The translations under genes were made by a program, and so were the position numbers. Below, in pieces: positions 9,591 to 19,255 of a stretch of 64,000 nucleotides of DNA. This DNA is from a virus. Position 1 is the stretch's first letter. Every line of letters begins with the position of its first letter. The notes under the pieces are model-generated. The model ran no database searches. It was given only the letters and a program-made list of their open reading frames with translations, and was not told the origin of the DNA. The stretch lies in IMG/VR virus record IMGVR_UViG_3300027759_000002, positions 96,001 through 160,000 of that record, one strand, 5' to 3'.

Positions 9591-10355
9591 ATGAGTAAAC
9601 AACTTCCCAGAGAATATTATACCTGCCATTATACTGGCCAGACCTTGCACTACACAGAATTCGTTCTTGCTGGTTCAGGTTGGTTGGCTGTAGATGGTAC
9701 CAAAAGACATCCAATCTCAAGGTCTGGTAAAACAATCAACCAATCTTTGGTAAATGGATTGAGACTTTCAGTTAATGGTAAACTGACAGGCATTTCACAC
9801 CCTAATCATCCAAACCATCTGGTATACAAACAAATTGTTAATGATGTTAGGCAAGAAAACAATTACAAGGGAACTTGGTTACGAGTTGATTTGTCGAAAC
9901 AAGCCTACATTAGAACATATGAAGCATTGAACATTCAAATGCCTAATTTAGGTAATCTCAATCTCAAAGGCAATAGAAAGAGTAACAATTCAGATGCTTG
10001 TTTAGATTACTTAGATATACCAAATGATAGAAATCATCGTGAAGTCAAAATAGGTAAATATTTTGTTGACGGTTTGAAAGACAACTTTGTGGTAGAATTT
10101 TTTGGAGATTACTTTCATGCCAATCCTGAGTTTTATGTTAGTGACCAAAAATTACTTGGCGGAACAGCCGAATCTAAATGGCAAAAGGATGCTGCACGTT
10201 TAAAATGCATACAAGAAAATGGTTATCATATCGTAAAGGTATGGGAAAATGATTGGAACAAATTTAAACAAAAGAATACAGACAAGTTAAAGGTTGAATT
10301 CAATGACAAACAATTTTTTATAAACAATTTAAAGGAACTAAGTGATATATTATGA
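9591..10355 (+). CDS. Vsr/DUF559-like endonuclease, putative homing endonuclease
   Basis: C-terminal FVDG...VVEFFGDYFH...KDAARL...GYHIVKVWENDW motif. Confidence 0.7.
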   Translation: MSKQLPREYYTCHYTGQTLHYTEFVLAGSGWLAVDGTKRHPISRSGKTINQSLVNGLRLSVNGKLTGISHPNHPNHLVYKQIVNDVRQENNYKGTWLRVDLSKQAYIRTYEALNIQMPNLGNLNLKGNRKSNNSDACLDYLDIPNDRNHREVKIGKYFVDGLKDNFVVEFFGDYFHANPEFYVSDQKLLGGTAESKWQKDAARLKCIQENGYHIVKVWENDWNKFKQKNTDKLKVEFNDKQFFINNLKELSDIL

Positions 10356-10897
10356 GTAAACAAAAACATTATATAAACAATGCAGACTTCTTAAAGGCAC
10401 TTGTCGATTACAAGACCAGATGCGTAGAGGCCGAGGCCGCAGGTAAACCAAATCCAAACATTCCAAATTACATTGGTGAATGCTGGATGAAAATTGCCGA
10501 AGGTCTGTCACATAAACCAAACTTCATTAACTACACGTACCGAGATGAAATGGTTTCGGATGGTATTGAGAATTGTTTAATGTACTTTGCAAACTTTGAT
10601 CCAACAAAGTCTTCCAATCCATTTGCATACTTCACTCAAATCATTTACTTTGCCTTTCTAAGACGCATACAGAAAGAAAAGAAACAGTTGTATGTGAAGT
10701 ATAAAGCCACAGAGATGTATGGTATTCTGGATGAGTTTGAAATGTTGGAAGGTGAAGATGGTAGTACCAAACAATTTGAACTATATGACAACATTGCCGA
10801 GTTTATCGGAACATATGAGGATGCCAGAAAAGCAAAGAAAGCCGAAAAAGATGCGGCAAAGAAACCAAAAGGGCTTGAAAAATTTATTGAGGAGTGA
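10352..10897 (+). CDS. 55: late transcription sigma factor
   Basis: HYINNADF, FINYTYRDEMVSDGIENC, NPFAYFTQIIYFAFLRRIQKEK. Confidence 0.96.
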   Translation: MSKQKHYINNADFLKALVDYKTRCVEAEAAGKPNPNIPNYIGECWMKIAEGLSHKPNFINYTYRDEMVSDGIENCLMYFANFDPTKSSNPFAYFTQIIYFAFLRRIQKEKKQLYVKYKATEMYGILDEFEMLEGEDGSTKQFELYDNIAEFIGTYEDARKAKKAEKDAAKKPKGLEKFIEE

Positions 10898-10901
10898 TAT
10901 A

Positions 10902-11363
10902 ATGAAGATTGGTTTTAATTGTAGTACGTTGGATTTATTTCATGCGGGACATGTCACAATGTTAAAAATTGAAAAACAACATTGTGACCATTTGATTGTT
11001 GCAGTGCAATCCGATCCAACTATTGATAGGCCAGATAGTAAAAACAAACCAGTACAGTCTTTGTATGAAAGGTTTGTTCAAGTGTCTGGATGCAAATATG
11101 TTGATGAAGTATTGGTGTATGAAACGGAAGAAGATTTGGAAAACATTTTCAAAACACAAACTATTCATATACGATTTTTAGGTGATGAATACAAATCAAA
11201 ACCTTTTACCGCAAAACAGTATTGTCTTGATAACGGTATAGAATTGTTTTTCCATGATAGACAACATCCATACAGTAGTTCTAAATTGAGACAAAGAGTA
11301 TATAATGCTGAGGTTGAAAGATTGAAAAAATTAAACGTGGAATATGATGAATGTCAAAAGTAG
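10902..11363 (+). CDS. glycerol-3-phosphate cytidylyltransferase-like (TagD family)
   Basis: DLFHAGHV HxGH motif and YSSSKLRQR; start moved to ATG 10902 behind a GAGGAG RBS. Confidence 0.85.
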   Translation: MKIGFNCSTLDLFHAGHVTMLKIEKQHCDHLIVAVQSDPTIDRPDSKNKPVQSLYERFVQVSGCKYVDEVLVYETEEDLENIFKTQTIHIRFLGDEYKSKPFTAKQYCLDNGIELFFHDRQHPYSSSKLRQRVYNAEVERLKKLNVEYDECQK

Positions 11364-12421
11364 CAATAATTACAGACCAACATTTTGGTGCCAGAAATGA
11401 CTCAACACTTTTTTTAGACTTCTATGAGAAGTTTTATAAGGACACGTTCTTTCCCACCTTGATAAAAGAAAAGATTGATACTGTACTTATTCTTGGCGAT
11501 ACATTTGACCGTAGAAAGTATATCAATTTCTTTTCACTGAAACGTGCAAAGCAAATGTTCTTTGACCCATTGTTTGAAATGGGTATTCAAGTTCACATGT
11601 TGGCTGGTAATCATGATACTTATTTTAAGAACACCAACGATGTTAACTCAGCAGATTTATTGTTAGGTGAATATGGTATCACCTTAAATGTTATTGACCA
11701 TCCAACCGAAATATATGTTGGACCACATAAGATTTGTATGATGCCTTGGATATGTCCAGAGAATTATGAAGATTCTTTAAAGACATTAAAAGACACCGAT
11801 GCAAAGTTTTGTATGGGTCATTTTGAAATTGCTGGTTTTGCCATGTATCGTGGTATGCCATCTGAAGGAGGGTTAGACAGAAATGTTTTTAGCAAGTTTA
11901 ATTACACTTTTAGTGGTCATTACCATCACAAATCTTCTAGTGATGATATCTACTATTTGGGAAATCCGTACGAACTTACTTGGCAAGATTATAATGACAG
12001 TCGGGGTTTTCACTTGTTTGATTTGGATACTCACCAACTTGAATTCATAGAAAATCCAAACAAGATGTTTCATCGCATCATTTATGATGATAAAGAACAA
12101 TCAATCAAAGAAATTGACGGCAAAGATTTAAAACCATATACGAATACCTATGTCAAAGTGGTTGTAATCAATAAAAATAATCCATATTTGTTTGACAAAT
12201 TCATGAATAACCTGTATAATGTAAACCCAGCAGACATTACAATTGCTGAAGATATTACAGAATTGGAAGATGGTGATGAAGTAATTGATGAAGCTGAAGA
12301 TACAATCACTATATTAAACAAGTATGTTGATGGCATTACGGAAGAAAGTATTGACAACGACAGGTTAAAAACATTATTGAAAGAACTCTACGTAGAGGCA
12401 CTGAATACTGAACAAGCATGA
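11351..12421 (+). CDS. 47: recombination nuclease (Mre11/SbcD-like)
   Basis: TDQHFG, LGDTFD, GNHD, GHYH metallophosphoesterase motifs; precedes gp46. Confidence 0.95.
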   Translation: MSKVAIITDQHFGARNDSTLFLDFYEKFYKDTFFPTLIKEKIDTVLILGDTFDRRKYINFFSLKRAKQMFFDPLFEMGIQVHMLAGNHDTYFKNTNDVNSADLLLGEYGITLNVIDHPTEIYVGPHKICMMPWICPENYEDSLKTLKDTDAKFCMGHFEIAGFAMYRGMPSEGGLDRNVFSKFNYTFSGHYHHKSSSDDIYYLGNPYELTWQDYNDSRGFHLFDLDTHQLEFIENPNKMFHRIIYDDKEQSIKEIDGKDLKPYTNTYVKVVVINKNNPYLFDKFMNNLYNVNPADITIAEDITELEDGDEVIDEAEDTITILNKYVDGITEESIDNDRLKTLLKELYVEALNTEQA

Positions 12422-14136
12422 TTTTATTTCAAAAAATTAAGTGGAAGAATTTTCTTTCCACTGGAGCCCATTTTACTGAGATTGATTTTACCAAGTCTAA
12501 CAATACATTAATTATTGGCCACAATGGTGCAGGTAAATCCACAATACTTGATGCATTATGTTTTGGTTTATTTGGTAAACCTTTTCGTAAAATTAATAAA
12601 CCACAGTTACTAAATTCTGTCAACGGCAAAGAGGCTGTTGTTGAAGTGCATTTCAATATTGGCCAAAAGAAATATAAGATTATTCGTGGTATTAAACCGA
12701 ATGTATTTGAGATATACCTGAACGATGTATTGCTGAACCAAGATGCAGCTGCAAAAGACTATCAAGAGATACTAGAGAATAATATTCTCAAATTAAATTA
12801 CAAGTCTTTTACGCAGGTTGTCATTCTTGGTTCAGCATCCTTTGTTCCGTTCATGCAATTGTCGGCATCAGACCGCAGAGCAATCATTGAGGACCTATTA
12901 GACATTCAAATCTTTTCCTCAATGAACAATGTGATTAAAGAAAAGAATTCTGCCATCAAAGAAGAATTAAATAAATCAAAGTATGCCATCTCTCTTACGG
13001 AAGAAAAGATAACCTTACAGAAACAAAACATTGAGGAACATAAAAAAAACCACGATGCGGATATCAAACGCAAGATTGAAGAAATTGAAAAATCAAAAAT
13101 ACAAATGAGTACATTACAGAATGACGTTGTATTGATTAACAAACACATTGCGGTATTACAAAATAAAGTTGGTGATAAGAAAGATAAATTGGATAAAAAA
13201 TCCAAAAGTTTATTTCAAATCAAAGGTAAAGTACAAACTAATATTGGCCGAAATCAAAAGGAGATTGACTTCTATGAAAACAACCACGATTGTCCGACTT
13301 GTAAACAATCCATCACACCCGAATGGAAAGATTCACAAGTACAAGAAAAGTCAGAGAAAATACTTACACAAAAAACTGGATTGTTTGAGATTGAACAGGA
13401 GTTAAACAAGGTAACTACTGAAATGAAATCTATTACAGATATCATTACACACATTAGTGAACATAGTGGTGAAATTATTAAACACACTTCTACTATATCG
13501 GCAATAAGCAATTACATATCTAAGTTGAATAATGAGATTGATGAGTTGACTAATAAACAAACTGGTACAGAGGGTGGTGACCAAAAATTAATCGAATTAA
13601 ATGTTGCATTAAATGATTATAAAAAAGGTTATGAATCTTGTTTGATAGAAAAACATTACCATGAATTTGCAGGTACTTTGTTGAAAGATGGTGGCATTAA
13701 GACACGGATCATCAAACAATACTTACCAATTATGAACAAGTTAATTAACAAGTACCTGAAAGCCATGGACTTTTTTGTTAACTTTAACATCAATGAAAAC
13801 TTTGAAGAAACAATTAAGAGTAGACACCGTGATGATTTCTCTTATGCTAATTTTTCAGAAGGTGAAAAGATGCGTATTGATTTGGCATTATTATTTACTT
13901 GGCGACAAATTGCCAAACTAAAGAATAGTACCAATACAAATTTGTTGATACTTGATGAAGTGTTTGATTCCAGCCTCGACACCGTAGGCACTGAAGAATT
14001 TCTAAAGTTGATACATGAAATGGGTGCAGATACAAACGTATTTGTTATCTCACATAAAGGCGACCAACTGTTCGATAAGTTCCGTTCGGTCATTAAATTT
14101 GAAAAGAAAAATAATTTTTCAAGGATTGCAAAATGA
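12418..14136 (+). CDS. 46: recombination ATPase (Rad50/SbcC-like)
   Basis: GHNGAGKST, CPTC hook, FSEGEK signature, ILDE. Confidence 0.96.
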   Translation: MILFQKIKWKNFLSTGAHFTEIDFTKSNNTLIIGHNGAGKSTILDALCFGLFGKPFRKINKPQLLNSVNGKEAVVEVHFNIGQKKYKIIRGIKPNVFEIYLNDVLLNQDAAAKDYQEILENNILKLNYKSFTQVVILGSASFVPFMQLSASDRRAIIEDLLDIQIFSSMNNVIKEKNSAIKEELNKSKYAISLTEEKITLQKQNIEEHKKNHDADIKRKIEEIEKSKIQMSTLQNDVVLINKHIAVLQNKVGDKKDKLDKKSKSLFQIKGKVQTNIGRNQKEIDFYENNHDCPTCKQSITPEWKDSQVQEKSEKILTQKTGLFEIEQELNKVTTEMKSITDIITHISEHSGEIIKHTSTISAISNYISKLNNEIDELTNKQTGTEGGDQKLIELNVALNDYKKGYESCLIEKHYHEFAGTLLKDGGIKTRIIKQYLPIMNKLINKYLKAMDFFVNFNINENFEETIKSRHRDDFSYANFSEGEKMRIDLALLFTWRQIAKLKNSTNTNLLILDEVFDSSLDTVGTEEFLKLIHEMGADTNVFVISHKGDQLFDKFRSVIKFEKKNNFSRIAK

Positions 14137-14738
14137 GTACAGAAGATATTGTCTTATACGACACAGTAGAAGCGGTTAAGATTAAACCAACAGCAACACA
14201 AGTTGAAACATTTGATTTGGTACCACCAGACCATCCAGCTCTGTACAAAGTTTTACCAGAGTTTGATTTTGAAAATGCACCAATCAATGCAAATAGTTTT
14301 GCATCAACATTGGTAGAAACTTGCAAGAAACAAAATGGTATTGGTTTATCTGCCAACCAATGTGGTTTCGAATACCGTGTTTTTGTTATGGGTGCCGGCG
14401 AAGAATATGTGGCATACTTTAATCCGAAAATACTTTCCTCAAGTGGAGAAAAACACATGGAAGAAGGATGCCTTTCATTCCCTTTCCTAAATTTACACAT
14501 CACTAGACCAGAAACCGTGGAAGTGGAGTACCAGGATTACAATGGTGAAAAACGTACCAAAACTTTTAATGGTATATCTGCAAGATGTTTTCTCCATGAG
14601 CTTGACCACATGAACGGAATAGTGTATACTAGCCGTGTAAAACCACTTGCGTTACAGTATGGTTTAAAAAGACTAGAAAAAATTAGACGCAAGTATTTTA
14701 ATCCTAAGAAAATGAATCAACTCGCACAAAGAACTTAA
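14133..14738 (+). CDS. def: peptide deformylase
   Basis: GIGLSANQCG, EGCLS, HELDH motifs. Confidence 0.93.
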   Translation: MSTEDIVLYDTVEAVKIKPTATQVETFDLVPPDHPALYKVLPEFDFENAPINANSFASTLVETCKKQNGIGLSANQCGFEYRVFVMGAGEEYVAYFNPKILSSSGEKHMEEGCLSFPFLNLHITRPETVEVEYQDYNGEKRTKTFNGISARCFLHELDHMNGIVYTSRVKPLALQYGLKRLEKIRRKYFNPKKMNQLAQRT

Positions 14739-16003
14739 TGGCCACACCTATAGATTATGTTGATGCTCAGTGGGAAAAATGGCAGGTACTAAATGAACCT
14801 GAACGTTTTGAACACATTGATACCGAGCAGCTGAAAGAAATATTGATTAAGGACCTTACGTATGCCTCACAGATGGATGTACGTGAGTATACCTTATATC
14901 AAAAATGGTTAGAAGTACATGAGAAGTATCCTACCAGAAACATCGGCACCTTGTTTGGTGAAGATATACAATTGATAGATGTTACACAAAAGAAACTGGT
15001 TGAAAAGGTTAAGAAAAACTTTTGGATGCCAGAAGGTCCAGATGATTATGAAAAATTAAAACCAAGACTAGTACTATCAAATGGACCTTTGGCAGAAACT
15101 TGGAATACAGTACGTACATTTTCTTCTACAATGAAGAACAACTCTAACATTGGTCGTAATCTTTATTACACCGTGGTTGATGAAAACACCGATAAGTATC
15201 TTGGTGTTATGTGTATATCATCCGACTTCTTGGACTTGACTCCAAGAGACACCGCAATCGGTTGGCCTAGAGATGTTAAGACTCAACAAGGTATGATTAA
15301 TCACACTGCCATTGGTTCTACAATTGTTCCGTTACAACCACTTGGTTTCAATTACATGGGTGGTAAGTTGTTGGCACTATTGTGTCTTGCTGATACAGTA
15401 CAAAAAGATTGGAAAAGACAATATGATGATGTTCTCGTTGGCGTCACTACTACTTCTCTCTATGGCAATACTAAGTCTGGTGGTTTATCTCAGTACGATG
15501 GTCTGGATCACTGGAACAAAATGGGTTTCTCCAGTGGGTCGGTTGCCTTTGAACCATCCAGAAAAACTAGAGCGTTGATTTATAACTGGGTAAAAGAAAA
15601 CTATACACGAAAATATTTTGAATGGTGGGAAGCCAAGAATCTAAAAGGTCTTCCTTTGAAACGTGACCATAAAAATCGTACACTAAATTTTGCGTATGGT
15701 AAGTTAGGTATTCCAAAAGAACTTATCCGTACCGAACATCAGAGGGGAATTTACTTCTCTCCTCTATACAACAACACCAATGAATATCTTAGGAAAGAAA
15801 TTGGTGATGAACAACTGGTCAAATCATTTGATACCAGTGAAGAAGCCTTGGTGCAAATTTGGAAAACCAAATATGCCAAAGGTCGTATATCAATGTTGAA
15901 GAAAAAGAATAATGTATCTTATGAATCATTGTTCTATGATGACTTGATATACTTGTCTTGGGAAGAAACCAAGACCAAATATTTGCCACAAGTTGGCAGA
16001 TAA
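14738..16003 (+). CDS. DUF4338/DruA-like protein (paralog 1)
   Basis: GRNLYYTVVD...RDTAIGW...NYMGGKLLA...TTTSLYG...SQYDG; family recognised from memory. Confidence 0.6.
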   Translation: MATPIDYVDAQWEKWQVLNEPERFEHIDTEQLKEILIKDLTYASQMDVREYTLYQKWLEVHEKYPTRNIGTLFGEDIQLIDVTQKKLVEKVKKNFWMPEGPDDYEKLKPRLVLSNGPLAETWNTVRTFSSTMKNNSNIGRNLYYTVVDENTDKYLGVMCISSDFLDLTPRDTAIGWPRDVKTQQGMINHTAIGSTIVPLQPLGFNYMGGKLLALLCLADTVQKDWKRQYDDVLVGVTTTSLYGNTKSGGLSQYDGLDHWNKMGFSSGSVAFEPSRKTRALIYNWVKENYTRKYFEWWEAKNLKGLPLKRDHKNRTLNFAYGKLGIPKELIRTEHQRGIYFSPLYNNTNEYLRKEIGDEQLVKSFDTSEEALVQIWKTKYAKGRISMLKKKNNVSYESLFYDDLIYLSWEETKTKYLPQVGR

Positions 16004-16024
16004 AAAAGTATACCGCAAATATAC

Positions 16025-16053
16025 TTGACACACACACTAAGTAGTAGTATAAT
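16025..16053 (+). promoter_or_regulatory. sigma70-type promoter with an inverted repeat overlapping the -35
   Basis: TTGACA-17-TATAAT; AAGTATA-N7-TATACTT at 16006-16026. Confidence 0.85.
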
Positions 16054-16108
16054 GTAAATTCTTGCACACGCAAGTACTTTGTTTAACTTTGTCATTAGGA
16101 GATTTATC

Positions 16109-16378
16109 TTGACTAAACTATCCGCAAAAACCCGCATCCTCAACTTTTTGAGCAAGACTGAGGGTTATAACACTCTCTCCACAGCACAGGCTCGTGCTCG
16201 TTTCGGAATCCAAAACGTTTCCGCACGTATTGATGAATTGCGCCAAGAAGGCCATGTCATCTACACTAACACCAAATCCCGTGGTGATGGTAGTAAGGTT
16301 GCTGTTTACCGCATGGGCAAACCAACCAAGTCTATGGTTCGTACCGCTATCAATGCAGGTTACAGCTTCAACGCCTAA
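16109..16378 (+). CDS. small winged-helix DNA-binding protein
   Basis: TTG start behind AGGAG; ILNFL...VSARIDELRQEGHVI...YRMG wHTH pattern. Confidence 0.7.
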   Translation: MTKLSAKTRILNFLSKTEGYNTLSTAQARARFGIQNVSARIDELRQEGHVIYTNTKSRGDGSKVAVYRMGKPTKSMVRTAINAGYSFNA

Positions 16379-16391
16379 TTAGGTGAATATG

Positions 16392-16426
16392 GGGAGACCA
16401 CTTGATGTGGTACTCCCTTTTTTTTT
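16392..16426 (+). terminator. intrinsic terminator
   Basis: GGGAGACCAC-TTGAT-GTGGTACTCCC plus T9. Confidence 0.8.
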
Positions 16427-16441
16427 ATTTTTGGAGAGTAA

Positions 16442-17260
16442 ATGGAAATTTCAATTAAAAAAGAAGAATTAGCAAAGAAAAGTATTTTCGTTGCGACACC
16501 AATGTACGGCGGAATGAATCATGGACTCTATGCCAAAGCATGTCTCGATTTACAAGCCATCTGTATGCAGTATGGTGTGCAAGTGAAATTTTCATTTCTT
16601 TTCAATGAGTCTTTAATTACCCGTGCTAGAAATTATCTTGTTGATGAATTCCTGCATCGTTCTGATTGTACGCACATGTTGTTTATTGATGCTGACGTAC
16701 ACTTTAATCCACAAGATGTTATTGCTTTATTGGCACTAGATAAAGATGTTATTGGTGGTCCTTATCCTAAGAAGGCCATCAAATGGTCATCTGTTAAGAA
16801 AGCTTTGACTAAAAATCCAGCCATGGAAGCAAGTGACTTAGAAAAAGTTACTGGCGATTATGTTTTTAATCCCGTAAAAGGCACAGACAAATTTAGTGTT
16901 TCCGATCCATTAGAAGTTTTGGAAATTGGTACCGGTTTTATGATGGTTAAACGTGAAGTGTTTCCTAAATTTGCAGAAGCATTTCCACATTTGCGTTATA
17001 AACCAGACCATGTTGGCCAAGCCAACTTTGACGGTTCACGATACATCCATGCTTACTTTGATACATTGATTGATACTATAGATTCTCCAACTGGTGGTGG
17101 TTCAGACCGTTACTTGTCAGAAGACTACATGTTCTGTCAACTGTGGCGTAAAATTGGTGGTTCTATTTGGTTGTGTCCTTGGATGCGAGCAGACCACATT
17201 GGTACGTACCACTTTAAAGGTGATATGCCAGCTGTTGCGAATTACGTTGGAGAAATGTAA
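16442..17260 (+). CDS. GT-A fold glycosyltransferase-like protein
   Basis: VATPMYGG, LITRARN, FIDAD (DxD), SEDYMFC. Confidence 0.7.
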   Translation: MEISIKKEELAKKSIFVATPMYGGMNHGLYAKACLDLQAICMQYGVQVKFSFLFNESLITRARNYLVDEFLHRSDCTHMLFIDADVHFNPQDVIALLALDKDVIGGPYPKKAIKWSSVKKALTKNPAMEASDLEKVTGDYVFNPVKGTDKFSVSDPLEVLEIGTGFMMVKREVFPKFAEAFPHLRYKPDHVGQANFDGSRYIHAYFDTLIDTIDSPTGGGSDRYLSEDYMFCQLWRKIGGSIWLCPWMRADHIGTYHFKGDMPAVANYVGEM

Positions 17261-17922
17261 TGCTTGTTGGGTTACTTGGATTCATTGGTTCAGGTAAAGG
17301 TACTGCTGGCGACATACTTAAAGACCTTGGTTTTACTCCTGTGAGTTTTGCCAAAGGTGTTAAAGATGTTGCCGCAGAAATGTTTGGTTGGCCTCGGCAT
17401 TTGTTAGAGGGTGATACCGAACAGTCTAGACAATGGCGTGAACAACCGGATAAATTTTGGACAACCGAATTTGGCCGTGAATTTACACCAAGACTTGCAT
17501 TACAGTTAATGGGTACAGAAGTTGGTCGTGATGTATTTCACCAAGACTTTTGGGTAATTAAACTCAAAAACTATATGCAGAAAAATCCAGACCAAAACTA
17601 TGTAATAACTGATGTACGTTTTCAAAATGAAATTGATTTCGTACATAAACAAAATGGTATCTTAATTGAGATACAACGTGGTGTTACACCACATTGGTAT
17701 GAAATTGCTTCCAAAGCAAATCGTGGTGACTGGAAAGCGGAAGACTTTATGTTGAAACAATCTGGTGTACATGAATCTGAGTGGCGTTGGATTGGTGGTT
17801 ACATCGACCATCAAATTGACAATACCAAATCCTTAGAAGATTTGAAAGTTAATATGATTAAATGCTTGACAACCTCTTACGGACCAAGTATAATGAGTGA
17901 ATTGAAACAAGGAGTATCGTAA
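17260..17922 (+). CDS. 1: deoxynucleoside monophosphate kinase
   Basis: GFIGSGKGT P-loop, TPRLALQLMGTEVGR, ITDVRFQNE, HESE. Confidence 0.9.
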   Translation: MLVGLLGFIGSGKGTAGDILKDLGFTPVSFAKGVKDVAAEMFGWPRHLLEGDTEQSRQWREQPDKFWTTEFGREFTPRLALQLMGTEVGRDVFHQDFWVIKLKNYMQKNPDQNYVITDVRFQNEIDFVHKQNGILIEIQRGVTPHWYEIASKANRGDWKAEDFMLKQSGVHESEWRWIGGYIDHQIDNTKSLEDLKVNMIKCLTTSYGPSIMSELKQGVS

Positions 17923-18599
17923 TGAAATTATCTAATGAGACCTTAACGGTTCTTAAAAACTTTGCCAACATTAATCCTGGCATTGAGTTTAAGACAGGTA
18001 AGAAATTGACAACCATTTCCGCAACAAAGACTGTACTGGCCAAGGCCGGAGTTAAAGATGAGTTCCCACAGGACTTCTGTATCTATGATTTGAACCAGTT
18101 CCTATCTGTACAATCATTGTACAAAGACGGCGAGATTGATTTTGATGACAAACATGTTATCTTCAAAGTTGGTCGTAAGAAACTAAATTACCGCAAAACT
18201 GCAAAGAGTATGATTGTAACTCCGCCAGATAAAGAATTGACGTTGCCTTCTATTGATGTGTCTTTTACATTGAAAGAAGAAGAACTTGCTTCTATTCTAA
18301 AGACCGCAAGCATCCTACAATCACCTAACATTGCTATCATGTCTGATGGTGAAAAGATTTCTATCACAACCTGTGATGCAAAAGATAATTCTGCACATAC
18401 CGACTCAACAGAAATTGCTGATGGTAATGGTAAGAAGTTTAAGGCTTTGTTTTTGACAGAGAACTTTAAAATGATTTCTGGTTCTTATGAGGTACAAATC
18501 TCATCTAAAGGTTTGTCATACTTTAAAAATACTAAAGAAGATATGGAATACTGGATTGCTATTGAAGCAAAAGAGTCTGACCTATCGTTTGGAGAATAA
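17922..18599 (+). CDS. 45: sliding clamp
   Basis: MKLSNETLTVLKNFANIN, FCIYDLNQFLS, YWIAIE. Confidence 0.95.
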   Translation: MKLSNETLTVLKNFANINPGIEFKTGKKLTTISATKTVLAKAGVKDEFPQDFCIYDLNQFLSVQSLYKDGEIDFDDKHVIFKVGRKKLNYRKTAKSMIVTPPDKELTLPSIDVSFTLKEEELASILKTASILQSPNIAIMSDGEKISITTCDAKDNSAHTDSTEIADGNGKKFKALFLTENFKMISGSYEVQISSKGLSYFKNTKEDMEYWIAIEAKESDLSFGE

Positions 18600-18600
18600 T

Positions 18601-18783
18601 ATGATTTGGGTTACAGACGCAGCCAACGGCAACAAAGTTTCAATTAATGAAAATTATATCGTAGCGGTATATACTATGAATGACGGTGAACTAAAAGGTA
18701 AAACAGGAATCAAACTCACAAACAGTGATATTATTGTTGAAGAAAGTGATTACGATGTTATTGCACTGATTGGATCCAATTAA
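18601..18783 (+). CDS. small hypothetical protein (loosely FlbD-like)
   Basis: 60 aa from ATG 18601 behind GGAG. Confidence 0.55.
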   Translation: MIWVTDAANGNKVSINENYIVAVYTMNDGELKGKTGIKLTNSDIIVEESDYDVIALIGSN

Positions 18784-19058
18784 TGACTAAAGTAAATACA
18801 TTGTTTGGTTCTTTTGACGAAGACCAACTTAAAAAACTCAAAGGTTATATTGATGAAGTGGTACTGCATATGCAGAGAAATCAATCCAATAATGAGGCAA
18901 TTAAAGACATTGTGGATATTACCAATGATGAATTGAAAATCCCTAAGAAGATTGTCAAACGTATGGCAAAAACACAATTCAAAAATTCATTTCAAACTGA
19001 AGTGGCAGAATCAAAAGAGTTTGAAGCTCTATTTGAAAGCATGAATGAGGTGAAATGA
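18783..19058 (+). CDS. dsbA: DsbA-like dsDNA-binding protein
   Basis: Helical 91 aa; IKDIVD...ELKIPKKIVKRMAK...EFEALFE resembles T4 DsbA. Confidence 0.6.
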   Translation: MTKVNTLFGSFDEDQLKKLKGYIDEVVLHMQRNQSNNEAIKDIVDITNDELKIPKKIVKRMAKTQFKNSFQTEVAESKEFEALFESMNEVK

Positions 19059-19255
19059 TGGGTGAAATTAAAACATGGACTGATAAGACTGAATACATTG
19101 CTGTATTGAATAAAGAAATTAGTGTATTGAAATCCAGATTCGATCCAAACCAAGAAGGCACTGGTCATTACAATACAGCAATAAATGTTTTACAAAGTCG
19201 TGTTGAAGAACTTAAAAAAGATTTAAGTTGGCCTTTCCCACATGCAACAGACTGA
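19055..19255 (+). CDS. hypothetical protein
   Basis: 66 aa, overlapping start/stop with neighbours. Confidence 0.55.
   Translation: MMGEIKTWTDKTEYIAVLNKEISVLKSRFDPNQEGTGHYNTAINVLQSRVEELKKDLSWPFPHATD

Noticed and set aside
10719-10901. N-terminal extension of the cytidylyltransferase in the ORF track
   Set aside because: It overlaps gp55; the RBS and domain start point to ATG 10902. Similar start corrections were applied at 16109, 18601, 26796, 29031, 42444, 46957 and 52923.
14738-16003. A complete Druantia defence system
   Set aside because: No DruE-type helicase or other dru genes nearby; both DUF4338-like genes are embedded in phage core operons.
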